DNA of 64,000 nucleotides from Octopus vulgaris (Eukaryota). Location of the stretch: positions 49,228,001-49,292,000 of the forward strand of contig OX597828.1 of the NCBI GenBank assembly GCA_951406725.2, read 5' to 3'. Below, one piece after another: positions 11,403 through 22,709 of the stretch (position 1 is its first letter; every line of letters starts with the position of its first letter). A model generated the notes under the pieces. The model saw only the letters and a program-made list of their open reading frames with translations, searched no databases and was not told where the DNA came from. The position numbers were made by a program, and so were the translations under genes.

Positions 11403-14400
11403 TAATAATAGCTGCTGATATGTTAGTTGGTTGTTGTCTTATCATGTGTCACTTTACATTGGGTAGAGAAAGAGAGAGAGGGGGAGAGAGGGGGAGAGAG
11501 GGGGAGAGAGGGAGAGAGAGGGGGAGAGAGGGAGAGAGACAAAGGGAGAGAGAGGGAAAGAGAGACATATACAGAGAGATAGAAAGGGAGAAAGAGAAAG
11601 ATATATATATATATATATAAAGAGAGAGAGAATTAACACAAGATGTGCAGCATATCTGATGGGTAACACTCTCATATGTTAATAATAGTTTAGATTAAAA
11701 ACAACTGTTGACAAATATTAGGATTTTGGTATAATTTAACCACTTATCTAGATGCAATATGGCCCAATGGTTACCAGTTTTGCTTTGTAATCACGAGGTT
11801 CTGGTTTCAGTTCTGTTGCATGACATGTTGGATAAATATCAGTTTCTATAACCCTGGATTGATCCACACCTTGTAAGTGATACTGGGTAAATTGGAAACT
11901 ACACAGAAGTTTGTTGACTGTACTTGTAAGCCAGTTTCATCATGCTGGTTTTGCCTTATAATTATGTTAGCCAGATAGTGCTCATTCAACAAACCTTGTT
12001 GCATGGTTGATCAAACACTGGACACGCATGGTCAGAAATTCTAACCAAAATTCGCTTTTATTTTAGAGCCAATACAATTTACCTTAACCAATATCAAGCT
12101 ATGACTAAGGCGGTGAGCTGGTAGAAATGTTAGCATGCTGGGTGAAATGCTTAGCAGTATTTCGTCAGTTTTTACATTCTGAGTTCAAATAAAACTGAGG
12201 TCGACTTTGACTTTCATCCTTTTGGGGTTGATAAATTAAGTACCAGTTGTGTACTAGGGTTGATCTAATCGACTGCCCCCCTCCCCACCCCCAAAATTTT
12301 GGGCCTTGTGCCAGAGTAGAAAAGAATATCAAGCTATGATTGGCTGCAATATAATTAATGCTGGAATAGACCAGTCCAGGCAGCTACTACCAACTGCACT
12401 GAAGCCGCAACAATAGAGTGGGTCACACATGGAGAGGAATGCCCACCCTCTCCTTGCTCAACTCAAATTAAAAGCAAAGGGTTATGTGACTTTTGAAATT
12501 TGAAATTTTGAAGCTACTATGAGATAATGCATGACTAATTCAAGACAATCATCATCGTTTAACGTCCGTTTTCCATGCTAGCATGGGTTGAACGGTTCGA
12601 CCGGGGTCTGGGAAGCCAGGGGACTGCGCCAGGCTCCAGTCTGATCTAGCAGTGTTTCTACAGCTGGATGCTCTTCCTAACGCCAACCACTTCATGAGTG
12701 TAGTGCGTGCTTTTTACATGCCACCGGCACAGGGGCCAGAGGAGGCTGGTAAACGGCTACGATCGGTTGGTGCTTTTATGCTTCACTGACACGGACGCCA
12801 GTCAGGTGGCACTGGCATCAGCCACGTTTGGATGGTGCTTTTTACAATGTGAATAAATAAACCTCAACACCAAAGAGTTAAAGTGATGTTTGAAACCTAA
12901 ATGAACATGACATTTTGATCGCTTTAAAACAGGAAGTTCGTCTCATAGAACCAGGAGTGGTGGTCTCAGGTGGGTTGATATCAAAAGAGTTAATAAAAAT
13001 ATTTTTCAAATTTTCAACATTAAAAGTTGTTTATTTTTTAAACATTGCACATGAAGAACACCAATAATTCTTTGATCTCTATTTTACTGTGAAGTCCAAA
13101 ATATTGATTGAGTGTCACTAATTGAGGTGAACAGTCTAGATTTGTGGTTCTGTGCCTGAGACCACATCTGGCTCTGTGATGCCAAACTGTTAGCTTTGCT
13201 TTACTTACACATGGAGAATACACCCAACAACACTCCGTTTTAACCCTTTGGCATTCAGGTTACTCCAGCAAATGTGATGCATTTTTAATTCTCATCGGTT
13301 TTAATTAATCACACATTTATCTCCTCACACAAAAAATTTCGATCATATGACTTATTCTTTTAGTCTTCTACATGTTTCAGTCATTTGACTGCAGCCATGC
13401 TGGAGCACTATATAACTGTATACATAAGTACATATTCGTGTATGTGGCAAGTTTGAATATATGCCTGTATATATATATATACATATATATATACATGTAT
13501 CTTTTTATATGTATAAATGCAGGCATACACCTACGTGTATATGAGGTTGAAGTTGTGTGCACATATACATACATATATGCACACATGTGCATGTGTGAGT
13601 GTGGATATGTGCATGAGTATGTACAAGCATATATGATTGTGTGTGTATGGGCATGTACATTTTTATACGTACACAGACGTTATGAACGCAGGAGGTTTTA
13701 TGTTTATGTAATGTGAGAATATGGCTGCGTGTATTTTTTATCTTTTATATTTTTTCTTACCAATTAGAATAACTTCCCTTTTATTCAATGGTTTTTTTTT
13801 ATGCCACTGGCACGGGAGCCAGTCAGGGGCACTGGATAGAATGTATGGATAGTAGTCATCATCATCATCATCACCGGCACTGGTATCACAGCTACAATTT
13901 CCAATTGATGTGGAAATCGATCAGCATCAATTGGAATTTGTAGCTGTGATACCAGTGCTGGTGACACGTAAGAGAAACATTCGAACGTGGCCGTTGCCAG
14001 CGCCACCCTGACTGGCCTCCATGCTGGTGGTACATAAAAAGCACCATCCGATCGTAGCCGTTGCCAGCCTAGTCTGGCACCTGTGCCGGTGGCATGTAAA
14101 AAGCACCCACTACACTCACAGAGTGGTTGGCGTTAGGAAGAGCATCCAGCCGTAGAAAGATTGCCAGATCAGACTGGGCCTGGTGCAACCTTCTGGCTTC
14201 CCAGACCCCAGTTGAACCGTCCAACCCATGCTAGCATGGAAAGCGGACGCTAAACGATGATGATGACAGTAGTAAGGACAGAAATGATAATTAGAGAGAG
14301 GTAACTGGTAGTACCAAAGAGGTGAGGGGGTGGATTATGTGCTGACTCTAGTCTTAAATGATTGCACGAGCTGAGTTAGAGGAGTGATAGAAGGATGGGT

Positions 14401-15782
14401 GTAAGGAAGATAAGCTGTGTGTCTTTGGGGATGACGTAGGCAAATTGGCTGCAGGGATCACAGCATGGACAGAAATCACCATAATAATTTTAGAACCTCT
14501 CTTTCACTGTGGTTGGTGGGTCTTCTTGAGCACAGCAAATTGTCAATCATCTTGGTCCTTTGTCATCTCCTCTGTGAGGCTCATCTTGAAATCAGTCCTC
14601 ACCACTTCATCCCATGTCTTCATAGGTCTCTCTCTCTCTTTCACAAGATCCACCCACTTTAGGAGATCGGTATTTCTTTGTACAGCTGTCTTCATCCATA
14701 CATATCACATGACCAGACCAATGCAGTCTTCTCTCTTGCATGATACATCTGGTTCCTCTTAAGCCTAATTTTTCTCTCAATGCATTTGCACTTTGTTGCA
14801 CATGCACACAAACATTGCTCATCCATTGGAGGTGCACCAGCTTCATTCCTCTCCAGTTTTCACATGTCCTCTACATTCAGGGCCCTCGTCTCACTCCCAT
14901 GTAGCATAGTTGTTTGTACACAAGCATCATACAATCTATCTTTCACTCAGAGAGAGAAAGACCCTTTGTTGCCCACAGAAGTAATAGCCTTCAGGACTTT
15001 CACTATCCTATTCTTATCCTAGCAACTATGCTTTCAGAACATCCTCCTCCACTGCTAATTAGGACACCTGAGTAACAAATTATCTATAACCTCTGGGGAG
15101 CCTCCTGGTTATTTGGTCCTTAGCATTTATTGTGTGCCCCGTGTGTCCTTAGCATCTATTTTTTCTGCACATCTGCCACATACAAAGATTACCTTCTCTG
15201 TTAACCCTTCCTGTGATTCCATTGCACCTCTTATATGTCTATACCTTGCACTGGGTACACGAAATGGAATTCCTGATAACACCTTTCCTATATATTGAGC
15301 AGGACCATATCCTAACAGGAAGGGAGTCCTATTCATTTTCTTACTTACCCAACCTTGGTCTTTGCTAAGTTTACTTTAAGGCTCCTTTCATTCTAGGTTT
15401 TGCTCCCCAACGTGAAATTTCTTTTCCAGTTCTGTTATCAGAATGAGGTCATCAGCATATGATAGTTCCCAAGGGCAGCCTGTCTTAAATTCCTTTGTTA
15501 TGGTCTAGGAGGGGGCTGAGTACTGAGCCCTGGTGAACTCCTACCTGTACACTAAATTCACTGCCATACTTGTGGCCGACTCTCACTCGACTGACAGCAC
15601 CTCTGTACATGGCTTGTATGACTCTCACAAGCCATTTGTCTACCCTTAGCTTCCTCAGAAACTACCAGATCAGAGAGCAAGGAACACTGTCAAAGGATTT
15701 TTCCAGATCAACAAATGTCAAGTACAATGGTTTGTACATTATTTACATTCAATGGATATTTGTCCTCATCTTGTTTGTTGTT

Positions 15783-15828
15783 AACATAACGTTTCGGCTG
15801 ATATACTCTCCAGCCTTCTTCAAATGTC
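15783..15828 (-). ncRNA. Minimal hammerhead ribozyme motif (P1, left arm; C3>U)
   Basis: GACAU-UUGAAGA-A-GGCUG(gagaguauau)CAGCC-GAAA-CGU-U-AUGUU: complete stems I and II, one core substitution. Confidence 0.55.
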
Positions 15829-15994
15829 TTGGGGAAATTTCGAACCTGGGTTCTTATTCCTAAAGGTATATTTTGATGTTGTTATTATTATCATTATTAT
15901 TATTATTATTATTCAGGTCACTACCTGGAATTAAACTCGGAATCTTGGGGTTAGTAGCCCGCACTCTTCGAACCCAGGTTTGAAATTTCCCCAA

Positions 15995-16041
15995 GACACC
16001 TGAAGAAGGCTTGAAGGGTATATCAGCCGAAACGTTATGCT
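15995..16041 (+). ncRNA. Minimal type-I hammerhead ribozyme motif (P1, right arm)
   Basis: GACAC-CUGAAGA-A-GGCU..AGCC-GAAA-CGU-U-AUGCU: intact CUGANGA/GAAA core, stem II, palindromic ACGU stem III; stem I has two mismatches. Confidence 0.65.
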
Positions 16042-16383
16042 AACAACAAACAAGATGAGGACAAATATCCATCGAATGTAAATAATGTAAATAATTCCTC
16101 ATCTCTTAAATATAGAACTGTACAATGGTTTGTTTCGTAAGATAATCCTCTTGCGGTTGTCTTCCTAGGAAGATGGAACACACAGTACTTCTCCCTGACA
16201 TAAAAATCAAACTACACGTCATCTAGTCTAATTCTGTTCCTAATTAATTAGGTTACAACTTTCTTCCTAACTTTCATGACTTAGTCCAGCAATTTGGTAC
16301 CTCTGGAACTACTTCTCTCTGAGGCATCTCTTTTACCCTTATAACCGGTGATTATAATACTGCAACACCAGTCATATCCTTCT

Positions 16384-16730
16384 TCTTCTTCGTGTCTTGA
16401 GACAGCATTCACCTGGGGTGGGTTGAGCTGGCTTCATTCATCCTCAATGCTACATCTGTCACAAACGCCAACCAGACCTAGCGATTTGAGGCTAAGGACC
16501 ATGTGATCTCCAACCACTCCTTATTCCAGCAGTGAACGCTGTAGATATGGGGGCCTAGGTTGGGTTCCAGATTAGCCTTGACTGTCATCAGTCAGGTTTT
16601 TCGTTGTCCACCACATCGCTTTCGCCAACCCTGAAGGGGAGCTGGGGCAATTGCTTCGTAGATGAATTCTCCTGGTTGACGACGGAGGGCATGACCCAGC
16701 CAACGCAGATGTCTCGTTAGGATGACTTAT
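16384..16730 (-). mobile_element. 5'-truncated 3' end of a second RTE-clade LINE, nested in the first
   Basis: Translates to HLRWLGHALRR...GWRKRCGGQRKT*...WNKEWLEITWSLASNR*VW; (GAA)n tail; 10-bp TSD ATATCCTTCT (16374-16383, 16731-16740). Confidence 0.8.
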
Positions 16731-17164
16731 ATATCCTTCTCTGCTAGATAGTCTAAACATCTCAGCAGGGATTCCTGATGGACCAGAGGCTTTATTTATA
16801 ACTTCACTGAGATCTGACTTCATTGAAAGCCAAGACTAAAACACTCATAACTACCACACAATGTCAAGACAAGGAGATATAAACACACAAACATTATTAC
16901 ACAAGGACAATTTGGAAACAAAACAGTCATTATTTTCATTGCAGAGTGGACAGTAATATTAGATTAGAAAGAAGATTACTTGATAGTTATGGTTTGTTCT
17001 TAGTATTAGAGAAAAGACAAAAGGAAAACACATGAGCAAGTAATCTGGAATTTAGAAAGTGGAGAGTAATATAGGATCAATATGCAATTGTGGGAGAGAA
17101 GATGAAAAAGAACTACAAAAGCAGGTCAGTTTAATGACTAGTTCTCTCAATTTCATTATCATTT

Positions 17165-17569
17165 AGGCGTAGGAGTGGCTCTGTGGAAAATAGCTTCCTT
17201 AGGATCCACATGGTTCCGGGTTCAGTCCCACTGCGTGGCACCTTGGGCAAGTGTCTTCTACTATGGCCTCGGGCCGACCAAAGCCTTGCGAGTGGATTTG
17301 GTAAACGGAAACTGAAAGAAGCCCGTCGTATATATGTATGTATATATTTATGAGTGTGTATATGTTTGTGTGTCTGTTATTTGTCCCCCTAACATCACTT
17401 GACAACCGATGCTGGTGTGTTTACGTCCCTGTAAATTAGCGGTTTGGCAAAAGAGACCGATAGAATAAGTACTAGGCTTACAAAGGTTAAGTCCTGGGGT
17501 CGATTTGCTCGACTAAAGGTGGTGCTCCAGCATGGCCACAGTCAAATGACTGAAACAAGTAAAAGAGTA
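17165..17569 (+). mobile_element. SINE family A copy, full length
   Basis: Colinear with 671-1086. Confidence 0.85.
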
Positions 17570-17931
17570 TTTAATGTTTGCCTTCCATGCTGGCATGGGT
17601 TGAACAGTTCAATAGGATCTTTGAACCAGAGGGCTGCATTGGTCTCCAAGTTCTGCTGATATAGTTTCTACGGTTGATATCCTTCTTCACACCAACCACT
17701 TTACAGAGTGTACTGGGTGCTTTTATGTGGCACCAGCACTTGTAAGGTCACCAAGTAACTTGCAAGACAAGACCCTTTGACAGGATCAGGGTGTAGTACT
17801 GAAGGAAGTGGCTTTGTGTCAGGTGTGTTGAGCGACTGATGTATGGTACATGGTCAGAAACAGGTGTCTTTTTGCAGAGAAGATACATGGTTATATGAAA
17901 GAAATGGTGACAAGATGTCAAGGTACAACTT

Positions 17932-18213
17932 GGCACTCTGTCGGTTACGACAAGGGTTCCAGTTGATACGGTCAAGAGAACAGCTTGCTGGGCACTCCAT
18001 GGACATGTGTACCCTTAGCGTATTTCTCAGTGTGACTGTGTGACAAGGCTGGCCCTTTGAAATACAGGTACTACTCATTTTTGCCAGCTGAGTGGACTGG
18101 AGAAACGTGAAATAGAGTATCTTGCTCAAGGACACAGTGCATCACCAGGAATTGAACTCATAACCTTATGATTGTGAGCCAAATACTTTAACCACTAAGT
18201 CACACATCTTCAC
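17932..18213 (-). mobile_element. SINE with a family D-type head and family H-type 3' body
   Basis: Minus strand: tRNA-like head, gtgtccttgagcaagatactctatttcac (as at 31921), then gtacctgtatttcaaagggccagccttgtcac (as at 43091). Confidence 0.65.
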
Positions 18214-18868
18214 CTCAAGGTACAAGAAGTTGGATGAAGAGGGAACAAAGGCATAAAATAAAGGATGGGTGGGTTTGTGAGAACTTGAAAGGAGAGTGAC
18301 AAAGGGTCAGAGGTGAATGCAGTGAATGGTGAACTGGGGTGGAGGTGTGGTCAATAGTGGATATCTGTTGGGAGGGGGAGGAGAAAGAAACAGGATTGAA
18401 ATAAGAAGGGGGAGGTGATGATAGTACAAAAGAATGGTGTGTGGAGGGAGTCAGTATAACAACCACTCCCCCACAGGTAGATAAGAAATAAGGAGATGAT
18501 GTGAAGTGTAGAGAGGAGGAGAAAGGAATGTGCAGTGACAGAGATAGAAGTGAGAGAAACATAAGGGTGGAAATTACGAACGTGGAATTTTTAGTGAAGA
18601 TAGGTTGGAGGAAATGGAATATTTGGTAGAATATTTTTGGCCAAGTTACTTTTATGCATGTGTATAATAATGTATGTTAGCAATAAAGAATTAAATTCTT
18701 GTTCTTTATATTCTTCTACTTTGTTTCAGTCATTGGACTGCAGCCATGCTGAGGTACCACCTCTTCTTGCTGAACTATCAGACTACAGGAATGTAAACAA
18801 ACTAACACCAGTACCAAAGCAGTAAGTAAAAAACACACACACACACAATAGTTTTCCACACTGTTTCT

Positions 18869-19239
18869 TATTTCTTTATTGCCCACAAGGGGCTACACAC
18901 AGAGGGGACAAACGGATTAAGTCAATTACATCAACCCCAGTGCATAACTGGTACTTATTTAATCGACCCCGAAAGGATGAAAGGCAAAGTCGACCTTGGC
19001 GGAATTTGAACTCAGAACATAGTGGCAGACGAAATACCTATTTCTTTACTACCCACAAGGGGCTAAACACAGAGAGGACAAACAAGGACAGATAAATGGA
19101 TTAAGCCAATTATATCAACCCCGAAAGGATGAAAGGCAAAGTCGACCTCGGCGGAATTTGAACTCAGAACGTAGTAGCAGATGAAATACCGCTAAGCATT
19201 TTGTCCAGCGTGCTAATGTTTCTGCCAGTTCGCCGCCTT
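18869..19239 (-). mobile_element. Dimeric SINE B inserted into an older SINE A-like copy
   Basis: Same dimer junction as at 10084; TSD CACTGTTTCT (18859-18868, 19240-19249). Confidence 0.85.
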
Positions 19240-20792
19240 CACTGTTTCTGTCTACCAAATTCACTCACAAGACATTGATCAATCCATGACTATAGAGCAA
19301 AACACTTGCCTAGGGTGCTGTGCTGTGGGACTGAACCTATAACCACATAGTTATAAACTGGCCTACTTCACCACACTACTATTTGCTTGTGTCTAAATAT
19401 ATGTGTGTGTATGTGTGAGTATATCTTTTATCTTTTACTTGTTTCTGGCATTAGACTATGGCCAAGCTGGGGCACTGCGTTGAAGAACTTTAGCCAAATG
19501 AATCACTCCCAGCACTTATTTTTTATAAGCCGGGTACTTATTTTAACAGTCACTTTTGCTGAACCACTGAGTTACAGGAACGTAAACACACCAATACTAG
19601 TTGTTAAGTAGTGGCAGGGACAAACACAGACACATGTGTGTGTGTATGACAGATTTCTTTCAGTTTCAATCTACTGAATCCACTCACAAGGCTTTGGTCA
19701 GCCTGGGGCTATAGTAAAAGATACTTGCCCAAGGTGTCATGCAGTGGGACTGAACCTGGCACCATCTGGTTGGAAAGCAAACTTCTTAACCATACAGCTA
19801 CATCTGCACCTATATCATCATCATCATCATTGTTTAGCGTCCGCTTTCCATGCTAGCATGGGTTGGACGGTTCAACTGGGGTCTGGGAAGCCAGAAGGCT
19901 GCACCAGGCCCAGTCTGATCTGGCAGTGTTTCTACAGCTGGATGCCCTTCCTAACGCCAACCACTCCGTGAGTGTAGTGGGTGCTTTTTACATGCCAGAT
20001 GAGGCTGGCAAACAGCCACGATCGGATGGTGCTTTTTATGTGCAACCGGCATGGAGGCCAGGCCAGGCTGGCAACGGCCACGATCGGATGGTGCTTTTTA
20101 TGTGCAACCGGCATGGAGGCCAGGCCAGGCTGGCAACGGCCACGATCGGATGGTGCTTTTTATGTGCAACCGGCATGGAGGCCAGGCCAGGCCAGGCTGG
20201 CAACGGCCACGATCGGAGGGTGCCTTCATCCTTTAATGTTTGTCTTCCATGGTGGTATAGTTGAAACGATTTGAGAGGATGCAGCAAATCAGAAGACTGC
20301 ATTGTGCTCCAGTGTCTTCCTTTGGAATGGTTTCTATGGCTGGATGCCCTTCCTGTCAGCCATTAGATGCTTTTTTCTGAAACTAGAAAAGTAACTTGCA
20401 AGCCAAGTTCCTATCAGAATAAAATACCAACGTTGTGTGTATGTGTTGCATGCTCAGGGTCGGAAAAGAAAAGAAGAAATATTCTCAAAAGTAGTAAACA
20501 ACAATGCTATCATTTGTGTTCCTTTATTCAAATCAAAATAAACTTACTATTTACAGCATGTTGGCACCACTCTCTACAGACATAAATTAAGAACTGGGAA
20601 ATTGATGTCGTTCCTATATATTTAGACCAGAAGTAAATTATGATGATAGGAAGAACTATAGGAATGATCACAGAGATGCAAAACTAAACGTTACACTGGA
20701 AGTAAGCTACACAATGTGTGTATAATTATATATGTATACATAAACATATTTATACATACACACACACACACATATATATATATATATGAATA

Positions 20793-21120
20793 CTGTTGTG
20801 TCTGGGGAGAGTCATTTTCTTTTTGTGCCTTATAATGTAACACACTCACTGGTAAAATTACCATTTTTTCTTTTTTTATTTTCCTAAAATTTTCGTTGCG
20901 TCTTGCAACCTTTTCAATAGTCTTGACTATCATTTAAATGGTTGCAAAATGCAATGAAAATTTTAGGAAAATAAAAATAAGAAATAAGTGGAAATTTTAC
21001 CGGTGAGTGCGTTACATTATAAGGCACTCAAAGAGAATGACTCTCCCCAGACACAACAGAATATGCTTCAACACACAAACTCATATAAAGAATCTTGCAA
21101 ACCAAATCCAAAAACGAAAT
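20793..21120. mobile_element. P2 element: ~130-bp palindromic arms plus a ~60-bp one-sided tail, with a hammerhead-like motif
   Basis: Arms 20793-20922 and 20925-21059 meet at atagtc-tt-gactat; tail 21060-21120; inserted in a (TA)n tract. Confidence 0.8.
20884..20920 (-). ncRNA. Minimal hammerhead-like motif with a U3-A8 core variant (P2)
   Basis: CUA-UUGAAAA-G-GUUGC(aagac)GCAAC-GAAA-AUU-U-UAG: 3-bp stem I, 5-bp stem II, palindromic AAUU stem III; same geometry as the P1 motif. Confidence 0.5.
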
Positions 21121-21223
21121 ATATATATATGTGGGTGTATATGCAAGCATGAAAAAGTAGATGTTAAAATGACATACACAGACACACACGCACGTACAAA
21201 TATACATAAGGATTTAGCTAAAC

Positions 21224-21537
21224 CAGTGGTTCTCAACCAATCTTTATCTATGGATCCCCATAGCCATTCAATGTTTAAAAACTAGTTTTGTAGAAACTTC
21301 TTTCAGAATTCCTATTTTGTTTTTTCACACATTCCCTTGTGTAGGTTGAACTGTGTAAAACGTTAGAGAAAGGAACCTAGCTGCAATAAATACCAATACA
21401 TACACCTAAAGCAACATTTTTTCAGGGGCCCTTAAAATACTACTGTGGATCCCCAATTTGCTATTTTGTTATGCAAACCCCCCAAAATCTCATATGGACC
21501 CTCAGAGGCTATTTGGGATCCCAGTTGAGAACCACTG
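21224..21537. mobile_element. hAT-type MITE
   Basis: TIRs cagtggttctcaac / gttgagaaccactg; degenerate 8-bp TSD agctaaac/agttaaat; related partial copy at ~62590-62700. Confidence 0.75.
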
Positions 21538-21805
21538 AGTTAAATTTAACGAAGGGGCCGTATCTTCTTATTTTGCCCAGAAATGAGTCTGTAAACTGAT
21601 GACAAAGAATGGGATGAAACTGAATGTTTGGGTGAAAAGAAATTGCATTGATGCTTAAAGAATGCAAAGCCACTTAGATGAAATACACACATACACTATT
21701 TTCCGGCATGGAAGTCAAATTTTTCAAACCAAAAATTCCATGTGAAATGCAGCAAGATATGGCAAAATAGTGATAATGTTTGAATGTTTTACACTACATG
21801 TTTAC

Positions 21806-22233
21806 ACATTATTTACATTTGACAGATATTTGTTCTCATCTGGTTTGTTGTTACCACAATGTTTTGGCCGATTTACTCTCCAGCCTTCATCAGGTGTCCT
21901 GATGGAATTTTGTACCCAACCCTGGGTTTTCATTCCTAAGACATTTTTTTGTGATTTTACTATTATTATTATTATTATTTATTCAAGGATTCAAGGCACT
22001 GCCTAGAATAAATAATAACAATAATAGGCAGTGCCTTGAATAAATAATAATATCAGCAAAAAATGCCTTAGGAATGAGAACTCAGGGTTGGGCTCAAAAT
22101 TCCACCAGGACACCTGATGAAGGCTGGTGAGTAATTCAACTGAAATGTGGTGGCAACAACAAAGAGATGAGGACACATACCAGTCCAATGTAAATAATGT
22201 ACAGAATTCCTTGTTTCTAAAATATAGAACAGT
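21806..22233. mobile_element. P1 element, second and older copy
   Basis: ~180-200-bp inverted arms (~21806-22005, ~22025-22200), each with gacacCTGATGAaggctgg (21853-21898 minus, 22109-22155 plus); same right-hand extension ending aaatatagaac; probable TSD ATG(T/C)TTACAC (21798-21807, 22234-22243). Confidence 0.75.
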
Positions 22234-22675
22234 ATGCTTACACTGTATACCACATTGACTTAATTACATGCCGAGAAATAAGGTGTATATATGTGTGTGT
22301 GTGTGTATACATATATGTGTGTGTATGCATGTATGTATATGTGTGTATATATATATATATATAATGATATGTAAAAGTAAGATCCAAGGATCCAGGTGTA
22401 GGAAGTTAGTTAGCTGTGAGCAGTCCATAGAAGGTATAAAAAGAACTTTCAGGAATAATAGTGGTTTATTGGCATAGGTTGTAAATTTTTCCCAAATCAA
22501 GGTTTGATAAGCTGAAGAAAGTTGCTTTTATAGTTCACAGTTAGCAACTACGGTTGCTATGTATGCAATGAAATTTGTATATATATATATATATATATAT
22601 ATCCAAATACATATATACATACATGTATGTATATATATATATATATATCCAAATACATATATACATACATGTATG

Positions 22676-22709
<34 letters not shown>

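Larger units (their letters stand above)
15736..16119. mobile_element. P1 element: head-to-head inverted repeat with hammerhead motifs and a tRNA-like centre (non-autonomous, Penelope-like)
   Basis: ~118-bp inverted arms (~15735-15853, ~15970-16089), ~30-bp extension on the right only, exact 14-bp TSD GTACAATGGTTTGT (15722-15735, 16120-16133). It interrupts the RTE RT frame. Confidence 0.8.
14490..16830 (-). mobile_element. Decayed RTE-clade LINE (reverse transcriptase and C-terminal region) with two nested insertions
   Basis: Minus-strand translation fragments KASGPSGIPAEMF, NKPLYLTFVDLEKSFDSVP, VGVHQGSVLSPLL, GCPWELSYADDLI, ERRLHWSGHV, KTWDEVVRTD, with stops and frameshifts. Confidence 0.88.
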
